Below, in pieces: positions 8,318-16,841 of a stretch of 21,569 nt of DNA; position 1 is the stretch's first letter; every line of letters begins with the position of its first letter. The notes beneath the pieces are model-generated. The model did no database searches. It worked only from the letters and a program-made list of their open reading frames with translations, and was not told where the DNA came from. Origin of the DNA: a virus (Duplodnaviria > Heunggongvirae > Uroviricota > Caudoviricetes). A program made the position numbers and the translations under genes. The stretch is from the IMG/VR virus record IMGVR_UViG_3300028995_000043, one strand, 5' to 3'.

Positions 8318-8841
8318 TGGCTGGAAAAATTCAAATTAACCGTATTACCAACGCAAATATTTATCTCGATGGTAATAACCTTTTAGGTCGTGCAACCGAA
8401 ATTAAATTGCCGGATGTCAGTTTAATTATGCAGGAGCATAAAGCACTGGGCATGGTCGGCAAAATCGAACTCCCGGCAGGGTTCGATAAACTGGAAGGGG
8501 AAATTAAATGGAACTCCTTTTATCAGGACGTCATGCGTAAAACGGCAAACCCGTGGCAGGCGGTAGCATTACAGTGCCGCTCCAGTATTGATTGCTATAA
8601 CTCCCAGGGGAAAGCGAATCAATTAGCGTTAGTCACTCATTTGACTGTCATGTTTAAAAAGAATCCACTGGGAACATTTAAACAAAATGAAAACCCGGAA
8701 TTCAGCAGCGCCTTTGGTTGCACTTATATTAAACAAGTGGTCGATGGTGAAACGCTGCTTGAACTTGATTATATGGCGAATATTTTTCGGGTTAACGGCG
8801 TGGATCAATTAAGTACCTATCGCAATAACATCGGTGGCTAA
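8317..8841 (+). CDS. Tail tube protein
   Basis: 174-aa product immediately after the sheath gene (TAATG overlap); size and position typical of P2 FII / Mu M tube proteins. Confidence 0.8.
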   Translation: MAGKIQINRITNANIYLDGNNLLGRATEIKLPDVSLIMQEHKALGMVGKIELPAGFDKLEGEIKWNSFYQDVMRKTANPWQAVALQCRSSIDCYNSQGKANQLALVTHLTVMFKKNPLGTFKQNENPEFSSAFGCTYIKQVVDGETLLELDYMANIFRVNGVDQLSTYRNNIGG

Positions 8842-8891
8842 GTTATTCGGGGCTACGGCCCCGAACTTCGCAAAATAAATAAGGATACAAA

Positions 8892-9209
8892 ATGAAAGAG
8901 CATTATATCTTACAGTTCCCGTTTACTTCAGCGGCGGGAGACGTAATTAACACTCTGCAATTACGTCGCCTGAAAGTAAAAGATATGCGCAACGCGCGCC
9001 GGATCAGCGAAAAGCCAGAAGAGTGGGATGAACCGCTAATGGCGGCAATGACCGGACTGGTGCCAGAAGATTTAGCTGAAATGGATTTGCTGGATTACCA
9101 GGCATTGCAGAAACGATTTCAATCCATGCTTACCGTGGTTACAGAATCCTCCCCTGCTATGGCAGGCAATGGCGTTACTGGCGAGATGGTTTCGCTTTCC
9201 GCCCAGTGA
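8892..9209 (+). CDS. Tail assembly chaperone (P2 gpE-like position)
   Basis: 105-aa acidic protein between tube and tape-measure genes; AAGGA Shine-Dalgarno; an overlapping out-of-frame extension follows (next feature). Confidence 0.65.
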   Translation: MKEHYILQFPFTSAAGDVINTLQLRRLKVKDMRNARRISEKPEEWDEPLMAAMTGLVPEDLAEMDLLDYQALQKRFQSMLTVVTESSPAMAGNGVTGEMVSLSAQ

Positions 9210-9297
9210 GATAGACGCCCTTACCGTCGATGACTTTAGCAACTGGCTGGATGAAGCCAGCGCTCAAATAAAGATCGAATATGACTCGCAGACCTGA
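9076..9297 (+). other. +1-frame ORF overlapping the 3' end of the chaperone gene: candidate programmed-frameshift extension (E+E'-like)
   Basis: The frame offset +1 from the chaperone is open from 9076 to a TGA at 9295-9297 and encodes ...RFPPSEIDALTVDDFSNWLDEASAQIKIEYDSQT. CUU-U (9195-9198) and GUU-U (9189-9192) are possible slip sites. A hairpin (actcgcaga...tctgcgagt, 9284-9307) follows. Confidence 0.35.
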
Positions 9298-9397
9298 TGT
9301 CTGCGAGTCCTTTAAAGCCCGCCAGGTTTATTTCTTCCCAGCCCATTTTTCAGAAAACTAACCAGCGGGCCATCACCAATCTATAAGAGAAACAATT

Positions 9398-11749
9398 TTG
9401 GCCAACGATATTATTACCCAGCTTCAGGCGCGTAATGAGACGTTGACGCAGGCAATAGCCCGTTACGGCTCACTCAACGCCAGAACTTTGTTAGCTCTCT
9501 CTTCTCAGCAAGCGACAGTAATCAAACTAACGCAGCAACTTGCCGATTCTGCTCTCCACCTGGAGGAAAATAGCCGCAGCCGCGCTAATCTGATGGAGAA
9601 AACCCACACATTTGCCGGGCAATTTAGCAAAGTATTCAATGTTGAAGCCCCCGATTGGAAGTTGCCGTATGAGTTCCAGGACAACATGGTCAATATGGCG
9701 ACCAAAGGTGGGATGAATGATACAACCCGCGAGACGCTCAGCCTTAATCTGCGCGACTGGAGCATGGATTTTAACCAGCATCAGACCACCTTACAGAACG
9801 CAGCCCAAACGCTGATCGAAGGCAATTTGTCGTCGATACAGGATCTCAACCGTTATATGCCGGAGATCGCCAAAGCTGCCACCGCCACGCGCGAAAGTAC
9901 TGAAACATGGGCGAATGCCGCGCTCGCAACCCATGATCGACTGAATATTGCGCCAGAAAATTTCCACGCCGCGCAAAACATGATGTACGGCATTAGCAAA
10001 AGCGGTGGGCCTGCCGTTGCCGAGCAAACGCAGTGGATAGACAAATTTGCAGGTAAAACCGGCGCTCAGGGTCTGGAAGGTATGACTGAACTGACTGCCG
10101 CCATGCAGATCGCCATGAAAAACGGGGCCAGCGCCAGTGCGGCGGCTGAGAATTTTGACCACTTTCTGCAAACCACCTTTTCGAAAAAAACCGATAGCTG
10201 GTTCGCCAGCCAGGGCGTCGATTTGCAAGGCTCTCTGCTTGAACATCAGCAAAACGGTATGAGTGTTAGCGAAGCCATGACTCATATCGTGCAAATGCAG
10301 CTTGAGAAGATGAATCCGGCGATCCTCGACACCTTCAAACGCACTATGCAGATTGAAGATTTATCTGCTCGCAGCACTGCGCTGCAATCGATGGTGGCGC
10401 AATTTAATCTGGGCGAAATGTTCGGCGATGCGCAAACGGTGGAATTCCTGGCACCTATGCTGGCGAATATGGAGGAATATCGCCAGTTAAAAGCCTCTGC
10501 CATGCAAACTACCAGCAAGAATCTGATTAACGCTGACTTTTCTGCGCAAATGGCCTCGCCCATTGAACAGACTAAAGCGTTACAACTGGCGTTAAATGAT
10601 TTATGGCTCAGCATTGGCTTGCAGCTTATGCCGGCGATTGGCGAGCTGGCACAAAGCCTTGCGCCGGTTATTCGCCAGTTCAGTGCCTGGCTACGCGAAC
10701 ATCCGGCGCTGGTGCAAAACATTGCGAAAATCGTCGGGGCGATTTGGCTGTTTAACGGTGCGCTTAATGTTTTAAAGCTGGGCGCGAACCTCATCGCCTC
10801 GCCGTTTATTCGTCTGGTCGATATCTTCCTGAAAGTCAGGGCAAGTCTGGCCCTCGGCGGCGCGGCAAGTAAAGTGCTATCGGCGGTTAAGTCATTGGGT
10901 GGCGGCGCAAAATGGCTAACGCAACTGCTTGGTCGTGGCCTGATCGGAGCATTGAAACTGTTTGGTCGAACCGTTCTCTCGCTAGGCCGGGTGTTATTGA
11001 TGAATCCCATTGGTCTGGTCATCACTGCGATTGCGGGCGCGGCTTATCTGATTTATCGCAACTGGGAACCTATCTCCAGGTTCTTTTCGACCATCTGGCA
11101 ACGTATCACCACGGCCTTTGACGGCGGCATTGCAGGAATTTGTCGGTTGATTCTCGACTGGTCACCGCTGGAGTTGTTCTATAGCGCCTTTTCCGATGTG
11201 ATGAATTGGTTTGGTGTTGAGATGCCTGCGAGTTTTAGCGAGTTCGGCAGCAATATACTGGGTAGCCTGGCCGACGGCATAATGAATGCTTTCCCCGCAC
11301 TGAAAGGCATTATTGATCAGGTCAAAAACGCCATGCCAGACTGGCTAAAAGCCACAATGGGTATCAGCACAGAAGCATCGGCTGCGGCTGTTACAGGCAC
11401 GGCTAATACCGCATCAGTCTCCCCCGCGACCGTTGTTCCAGGCGTTGCCGGTGCGATTTTAACGCTGCCGGTGGGCAAACAACTCGCGCCATCCGGCAAA
11501 ACGGCTACGCCGTCATCGGCAAAACCCGCGTCGGCCTCTTTACCTGGTAAATCCGTAACCAAACCGGCGACGCTACCCTCCCGTTCCCCGGGAAAAGTCC
11601 AGGTGAATTTTTCGCCACAAATTACCGTGCAGGGTAACGGACAAAACACCACTAAAGAGATTCAGAACGTGTTGACGATGAGTAAACGCGAACTGGAAAG
11701 AATGATTAACGATGTAATGGCGCAGCAGCAGCGCCGGGGGTATGCCTGA
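9398..11749 (+). CDS. Tail tape measure protein
   Basis: 783 aa, helical N-terminal half, central hydrophobic/Gly-Ala-rich segment (IVGAIWLFNGALNVLKLGANLIASPF...GLVITAIAGAAYLIY) and position after the chaperone are typical of tape measure proteins. Apparent TTG start at 9398 with AAGAGA upstream; start uncertain. Confidence 0.8.
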   Translation: MANDIITQLQARNETLTQAIARYGSLNARTLLALSSQQATVIKLTQQLADSALHLEENSRSRANLMEKTHTFAGQFSKVFNVEAPDWKLPYEFQDNMVNMATKGGMNDTTRETLSLNLRDWSMDFNQHQTTLQNAAQTLIEGNLSSIQDLNRYMPEIAKAATATRESTETWANAALATHDRLNIAPENFHAAQNMMYGISKSGGPAVAEQTQWIDKFAGKTGAQGLEGMTELTAAMQIAMKNGASASAAAENFDHFLQTTFSKKTDSWFASQGVDLQGSLLEHQQNGMSVSEAMTHIVQMQLEKMNPAILDTFKRTMQIEDLSARSTALQSMVAQFNLGEMFGDAQTVEFLAPMLANMEEYRQLKASAMQTTSKNLINADFSAQMASPIEQTKALQLALNDLWLSIGLQLMPAIGELAQSLAPVIRQFSAWLREHPALVQNIAKIVGAIWLFNGALNVLKLGANLIASPFIRLVDIFLKVRASLALGGAASKVLSAVKSLGGGAKWLTQLLGRGLIGALKLFGRTVLSLGRVLLMNPIGLVITAIAGAAYLIYRNWEPISRFFSTIWQRITTAFDGGIAGICRLILDWSPLELFYSAFSDVMNWFGVEMPASFSEFGSNILGSLADGIMNAFPALKGIIDQVKNAMPDWLKATMGISTEASAAAVTGTANTASVSPATVVPGVAGAILTLPVGKQLAPSGKTATPSSAKPASASLPGKSVTKPATLPSRSPGKVQVNFSPQITVQGNGQNTTKEIQNVLTMSKRELERMINDVMAQQQRRGYA

Positions 11750-12702
11750 TGTATGCCGTTTTAGGAGAGATTGAATTTAAAGTTGTCACATTCTGGGACG
11801 GCTTTAAAAGCACAATGGGCGTGGATTACGCCACACATGCCCGTATAGAAGGCAAACCCGGCGTGCAGTTTATTGGCGATAAGCTGGATATGCTGGCGCT
11901 GGAATTTTCCCTGCACAGCCAGTTTTGCCAACCCACAACAGAGCTGAATCGACTGCGTGAAGCCATGCTTGCTCACAAAGCAATGGCGCTGGTGTTTGGC
12001 AACGGAGATTATCGCGGCTGGTTTGTAATTACAGAGTTAACCGCCACTCACCAGCACACCGATCCCTGGGGCAATGTCATTGCCCAAAGCGGAACAATGT
12101 CGCTCCAGGAGTATACCGGCGATCCGAAAAACCCACTGCTGCCCCCGGCAATTACCACCCAGGAGCCTAATATCGAGGAAAAGGCGAGCGATTTTCCGAA
12201 TAAGGTGGAGTCCTGGTTGTATCAGATATTGAACGCCATTGAAGAAGGTATGCGCAAAGCCAAAGAGATGCTCGATGAACTGGCGCAAACCATTGAAGAT
12301 ATTAAAAAAACAGTGGCAAAAGTGAAAGCACTGATTAAAGAGGCCAAAGCGTTAAAAGAAAAGTGTGAAAAGATAATTACGTCGTTGAAAAAGACTATCG
12401 ACGCCATCGAAACCCTGTTTAAACAGCCAATGGATCTGCAAATGCTGGCAGGACTCCCAAAAGCGTTGTCGGCTCAGATTAAAGCTTTACTGGGTAACAT
12501 GCCAGGTATACGGGACTGCGCCAATGACGCCAGTACGCTGGTTGACCATGCTCAGACACTTTTCGACGACATTGCCAGCAACATCGCCGAAGCGACGTTT
12601 GATAAAGCCGCAACGTTGGTTGATCAGGCACGAACAACGGTACAACAAACCACTCCCGCAGTGAGCCAGCTTGCTGCCGCGACCATTACGAGGAGCTGGT
12701 AA
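11749..12702 (+). CDS. Tail protein, P2 gpU / Mu N (DNA-circularisation) family N-terminal domain with C-terminal coiled-coil extension
   Basis: N-terminal ~130 aa (MYAVLGEIEFKV...LREAM...GWFVITEL) align with P2 gpU as recalled; the C-terminal ~190 aa are K/E-rich coiled coil; start overlaps the tape-measure stop (ATGA-type coupling). Confidence 0.7.
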   Translation: MYAVLGEIEFKVVTFWDGFKSTMGVDYATHARIEGKPGVQFIGDKLDMLALEFSLHSQFCQPTTELNRLREAMLAHKAMALVFGNGDYRGWFVITELTATHQHTDPWGNVIAQSGTMSLQEYTGDPKNPLLPPAITTQEPNIEEKASDFPNKVESWLYQILNAIEEGMRKAKEMLDELAQTIEDIKKTVAKVKALIKEAKALKEKCEKIITSLKKTIDAIETLFKQPMDLQMLAGLPKALSAQIKALLGNMPGIRDCANDASTLVDHAQTLFDDIASNIAEATFDKAATLVDQARTTVQQTTPAVSQLAAATITRSW

Positions 12703-12911
12703 TGCGATACCTTGAACATATCACCACCGATGGCGAACGCTGGGATAACCTGGCCTGGCATTACTACGGCGATGCACTGGCTTATGAACGCATTATCGCA
12801 GCCAATCCACATGTCGCCATTTATCCGGTACTGCCTTCCGGTATTCAGCTCATCATTCCGGTCATTTCCGTCAATAAAACCTTATCGGAGATCCCACCAT
12901 GGCTGAGATAA
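12702..12911 (+). CDS. Tail protein X (P2 gpX-like)
   Basis: 69 aa; W..YYG...AANP...LP.G...P pattern matches P2 gpX as recalled. Confidence 0.7.
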   Translation: MRYLEHITTDGERWDNLAWHYYGDALAYERIIAANPHVAIYPVLPSGIQLIIPVISVNKTLSEIPPWLR

Positions 12912-13939
12912 GCGTAACTGGCGGCGTCTTTGCAACACTCACGCCCATTTTTACCCTCTGGTATGGGCATAAAGATATCACTTATGACATCACGCCTTAT
13001 GTCACCAGCATCAGTTACCAGGACAGTATTAAAAACGAGTCGGATACCATCGCGATTACACTGGATGACACCGATGGACGCTGGATAAAAGAGTGGTATC
13101 CCGGCAAAGGCGATACGCTGGCGCTGCATATGGGTTATCAGGGGGAAAAGCTGCTCGATTGTGGTCAGTATATTATTGATAAAATTGATATTTCATCGCC
13201 ACCTTCTACGGTAAATATTGATGGCATCGCCACTTCCGTCAATCAGGCGCTACGCACGCGTAACAGCCAGGGCTTTGAAGAGACGACGCTTTCGGCTATC
13301 GCCAGCCGTATCGCGCAAACGCACGGTCTGAAACTGGTGGGCAAAATCGAGCCGCTCACCATCGACCGGGTAACGCAGTATGGTGAAACCGATGTTGGAT
13401 TTCTCAAACGTCTGGCCAGTGAATATGGTTATGCCGTAAAAGTGACGACAAAAGAGCTGATTTTTTCACATTTACCCACGCTGCGCTGCCTGGCACCGGT
13501 AAAAACGATCGACCGCAAAGACGTTTCGCATTTCACCTTCAAAGATACCATTAACCGTATCTACAAAAACGCCACCGTACAGCATCAAAATAGTAAGAAA
13601 AAAGAACTGGTTATCTACACCCACGACAGCCAGCAAAAACCGTCTGCCCGTGGAGTCGGCACCAGTGCCGACACGCTAAAACTGAACAGTCGGGCGACGG
13701 ACATTGGCGCAGCACAGGCAAAGGCCAACGCTGCACTCGACAGCCACAACGAATATCAGCAAACCGGAACGCTCACAATGATGGGCTGCCCGGAACTGAC
13801 GGCGGGCAATAAAATTGAACTGACCGATTTTGGCGTGCTTTCCGGTCAGTGGCTGATTGATAAATCTACTCACAGTTTTGTGCGCAGCGGCTATACCACT
13901 GAAATCGACGTGTCACGCGGGCCAGCGACCAGCCAGTAA
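12899..13939 (+). CDS. Baseplate hub / late control protein D family (P2 gpD-like, Mu P-like)
   Basis: 346 aa; size, position after gpX and overall similarity to gpD-family proteins; GGAG Shine-Dalgarno; overlaps the gpX 3' end. Confidence 0.8.
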   Translation: MAEISVTGGVFATLTPIFTLWYGHKDITYDITPYVTSISYQDSIKNESDTIAITLDDTDGRWIKEWYPGKGDTLALHMGYQGEKLLDCGQYIIDKIDISSPPSTVNIDGIATSVNQALRTRNSQGFEETTLSAIASRIAQTHGLKLVGKIEPLTIDRVTQYGETDVGFLKRLASEYGYAVKVTTKELIFSHLPTLRCLAPVKTIDRKDVSHFTFKDTINRIYKNATVQHQNSKKKELVIYTHDSQQKPSARGVGTSADTLKLNSRATDIGAAQAKANAALDSHNEYQQTGTLTMMGCPELTAGNKIELTDFGVLSGQWLIDKSTHSFVRSGYTTEIDVSRGPATSQ

Positions 13940-13948
13940 GGAGGAAAT

Positions 13949-14650
13949 ATGAAAGGAGTAACCCGGCAAACGGGGATTATCAGCGATATTGACGAAACCA
14001 GCGTTCGGGTGCGAGTCACGCTTCCAGAGTGTGACAATCTGAAGAGCAACTGGCTTGCGGTACTTCAACGCAATTCCCAGGACAATAAAGACTACTGGCT
14101 ACCGGACATGGGAGAGCAGGTGGAGGTTCTGCTGGATGATAACGGTGAAGATGGCGTGGTGCTGGGCGCAGTATATTCAACGGTAGATACCGCGCCAGTA
14201 GCATCGCGCGACAAACGCTATGTCCAGTTTTCCGATGGCGCAGCGTTTGAATATGACCGCAGCACCCACCAGCTTACGATTAACGGTGGTATCGAAAAAA
14301 TCGTGATTGAGGTTATCGACCGTACCAGCCTGATATCGCCCAACGTTGAGGTTAAAGCCCAACACGTCACCGTGACTTCCGACACTGTTGATGTGAAAGC
14401 CACCGACGTCAGCATTGAAGCCAGTAAGGTCGATGTTAAAGCGATGGCTGTAACGGTAGACGCACCGCTCAGTACCTTTACCGGCAACGTCACGGTGATG
14501 AAAAAACTCACCTGGCTTGGTGGGATGGCAGGAAGTGGAGGCATCGGTAACACCGCCACGATAACCGGCAATGTCAACGTGATCGGCAACGTTCAGGCCA
14601 GCGGCGCATTGCAGGACAGCGGTGGCAACTCCAACCACCATTCACACTGA
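13949..14650 (+). CDS. Baseplate central spike (P2 gpV-like)
   Basis: N-terminal region aligns with P2 gpV (GEQV...DGA..EY...T..LT..G); C-terminal repetitive V/T-rich beta-helix-like segment ending in a His cluster (NHHSH), as at the gpV apex; perfect AAGGAGG Shine-Dalgarno. Confidence 0.85.
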   Translation: MKGVTRQTGIISDIDETSVRVRVTLPECDNLKSNWLAVLQRNSQDNKDYWLPDMGEQVEVLLDDNGEDGVVLGAVYSTVDTAPVASRDKRYVQFSDGAAFEYDRSTHQLTINGGIEKIVIEVIDRTSLISPNVEVKAQHVTVTSDTVDVKATDVSIEASKVDVKAMAVTVDAPLSTFTGNVTVMKKLTWLGGMAGSGGIGNTATITGNVNVIGNVQASGALQDSGGNSNHHSH

Positions 14651-14655
14651 CTTTT

Positions 14656-14686
14656 AACCCGCCTGATAGCGGGTTTTCTCTTTTTA
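14656..14686 (+). terminator. Intrinsic terminator-like hairpin inside the tail operon (between spike and gpW genes)
   Basis: 7-bp GC-rich stem aacccgc/gcgggtt with loop ctgata, followed by ttctcttttt; begins 6 nt after the spike gene stop. Confidence 0.5.
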
Positions 14687-14748
14687 ATCAATCAGTTTTC
14701 TAAATCGCTTTAATATCTCCACAGCCCGTTCAGGGCGAAAATACCCTC

Positions 14749-15108
14749 ATGAACACAAAAACACGCCCCTCAACGCTGCACTGGCAACCGGCCTTGCAGC
14801 GGCCTGAAGAATACGTCTGCGGACTGGATGATATTCACCAGGCAATACACATCATTCTGCGTACACCGCGCGGCAGTGATCCCCACAGACCGCTGTTTGG
14901 CAGCAATTTGTGGCACTACATCGATTATCCCATCGAGCGGGCGATCCCGCATGTGGTACGGGAGTCGGTAGAGGCCATCCGCCAGTGGGAACCGCGCTGC
15001 CGGTTGCTGAAGGTGACACCTGTAATCGACGGTGAACATCTGACGTTACGTGTGCAATGGCGCGCCGCTGACGGCGTAATCAACTCAACGGAGGTGTTAT
15101 GGCGATAG
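14749..15108 (+). CDS. Baseplate wedge protein (P2 gpW / T4 gp25 family)
   Basis: 119 aa; ILRTPRGS...LFGS and WEPR motifs shared with P2 gpW as recalled. Confidence 0.8.
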   Translation: MNTKTRPSTLHWQPALQRPEEYVCGLDDIHQAIHIILRTPRGSDPHRPLFGSNLWHYIDYPIERAIPHVVRESVEAIRQWEPRCRLLKVTPVIDGEHLTLRVQWRAADGVINSTEVLWR

Positions 15109-16214
15109 CCGAACCCAATTTTATTGAACGCGATCCTGCGCAAATTACCAGCGAGATGATTGCGCAATACGAAGATGCCAGCGGCAAAAAGCTCTACCCG
15201 GCACAGGCCGAGCGGTTGCTGATTGACCTTTTTGCCTATCGTGAAAACCTTGTACGCATCGCCATTCAGGAAGCGGCGAAACAGAACCTGGTCGCGTATT
15301 CCCGCGCGCCAATGCTGGATTATTTAGGGGAGCTGGTGGGCGTTCATCGTTTGCCTGCGCAGTCAGCAAAAACGACGTTGCAGTTTTCGGTTGTCAGTGC
15401 GTATACCAGCAATATCCTGATTCCCCAGGGGACGCGGGCCAGTGCCTCTGATAGCGTGATGTTCGCCACCGATGAAGATGTTCTGCTCCCGGCCAGGAGT
15501 TTGCATATCGCCGTTCCTGCCACCAGCCTCGCAGCAGGTGAACAGGGTAACGGCTGGCAGCCTGCACAAATTAGCGCTCTGGTCGACAGGATTGGTCATT
15601 ATGACATCAACGTAATCAACCTGACTGCGTCAACGGGCGGCTGCGGTGAAGAGAGCGATGACGCATTGCGCCAGCGTATCCAACTGGCACCAGAAAGCTT
15701 TAGTAATGCGGGCAGCTATGGTGCCTACCGCTTTCATACGCTTTCCGTAAGCCAGTCGATTATTGACGTTGCAGTACTGGGGCCGGACGAGGGATTGCCA
15801 GAAGGCTGCGTGGAGATCTACCCGCTAACCCTGAACGGACTGCCGGGAATAGAACTGCTCGCGCAAATCGAACAGGAGGTTAGCAAGGAGAAAAAACGTC
15901 CGCTGACCGACAAAGTGAGTGCGAAATGCGCTCTTCGAGTGCCGTATGAGATCCGTGCGCAGCTAACGCTGTTTACCACCGCCGATCAGGAGACAACTCT
16001 GGCTGCGGCGCGTAAAGCGATTAGCCTCTGGACGCAACAGCGGCAGAAACATCTGGGGCAGGACATTGTGCCAAACCAGATAATCAAAGTGTTACAGGTC
16101 GATGGCGTCTATGACGTTGTGCTGAACTTGCCTACAAAACGTATTTTGCAGGCGCATGAATGGGCGGAATGCACTGCAATAGACGTAACGATCGCCGGAG
16201 TTAGCGATGGATAA
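15099..16214 (+). CDS. Baseplate protein J (P2 gpJ-like)
   Basis: 371 aa; position and size typical of baseplate J; overlaps the gpW 3' end and the gpI 5' end (coupled). Confidence 0.8.
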   Translation: MAIAEPNFIERDPAQITSEMIAQYEDASGKKLYPAQAERLLIDLFAYRENLVRIAIQEAAKQNLVAYSRAPMLDYLGELVGVHRLPAQSAKTTLQFSVVSAYTSNILIPQGTRASASDSVMFATDEDVLLPARSLHIAVPATSLAAGEQGNGWQPAQISALVDRIGHYDINVINLTASTGGCGEESDDALRQRIQLAPESFSNAGSYGAYRFHTLSVSQSIIDVAVLGPDEGLPEGCVEIYPLTLNGLPGIELLAQIEQEVSKEKKRPLTDKVSAKCALRVPYEIRAQLTLFTTADQETTLAAARKAISLWTQQRQKHLGQDIVPNQIIKVLQVDGVYDVVLNLPTKRILQAHEWAECTAIDVTIAGVSDG

Positions 16215-16839
16215 ATTGCTGCCACCGCCGCCGCTTGCCAGCGATGAGCGTTTTTCGATTCTGGCAAATATCGCCGCCGAGCGTTTTGCCCAACTCGATC
16301 TTACGGCGTTGATGGTTTATCTGGTCGACCTGGTTGATGCTTCGGCATTACCAGCCCTTGCAGAACAATTTCACGTTCAGGGGCTGGAAGGTTGGTTATT
16401 TACCACCGATGAACGGGAGAAGCGCGAGCTAATTAAGCAAGCCATTGAGCTGCATAAATATAAAGGAACGATTTGGGCGGTACGGCGGGTGCTGGAAATA
16501 CTCTCATTACCAGGAACTATTTCAGAATGGTTTGAATATGGGGGGAAGGCTTATTTTTTTAAGGTTGATATAGAGCTGGTGGATAAAGGCATGGATGAAA
16601 ACCTTTTCAATAATCTGGTAGAACTCATTCATGAATATAAAAACACACGTTCAAAACTGGAAGCATTAATTGTCTGGATCATTAACCAAAGTGCTATTCC
16701 TGTTATTGGTTGTGCACTTTATGGTGGTGAACTGACGTCGGTTTTACCTTTCCAGATACGGGAAGTACAGCAAAACACATCAATCTATTACGGAACAGGG
16801 CAATGGAGCCTTGAAATTACATCTATTTACCCGGAGTAA
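16207..16839 (+). CDS. Tail protein I (P2 gpI-like)
   Basis: 210 aa; HKYKGTIWAVRRVLEIL matches the HxxKGT..A.RRV.E motif of P2 gpI as recalled. Confidence 0.8.
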   Translation: MDKLLPPPPLASDERFSILANIAAERFAQLDLTALMVYLVDLVDASALPALAEQFHVQGLEGWLFTTDEREKRELIKQAIELHKYKGTIWAVRRVLEILSLPGTISEWFEYGGKAYFFKVDIELVDKGMDENLFNNLVELIHEYKNTRSKLEALIVWIINQSAIPVIGCALYGGELTSVLPFQIREVQQNTSIYYGTGQWSLEITSIYPE

Positions 16840-16841
16840 TT

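Noticed and set aside
9505-11652. Several minus-strand ORFs (86-247 aa) within the tape-measure gene
   Set aside because: Antisense to a long, coherent tape-measure ORF; Cys/Ser/Arg-rich translations without start contexts.
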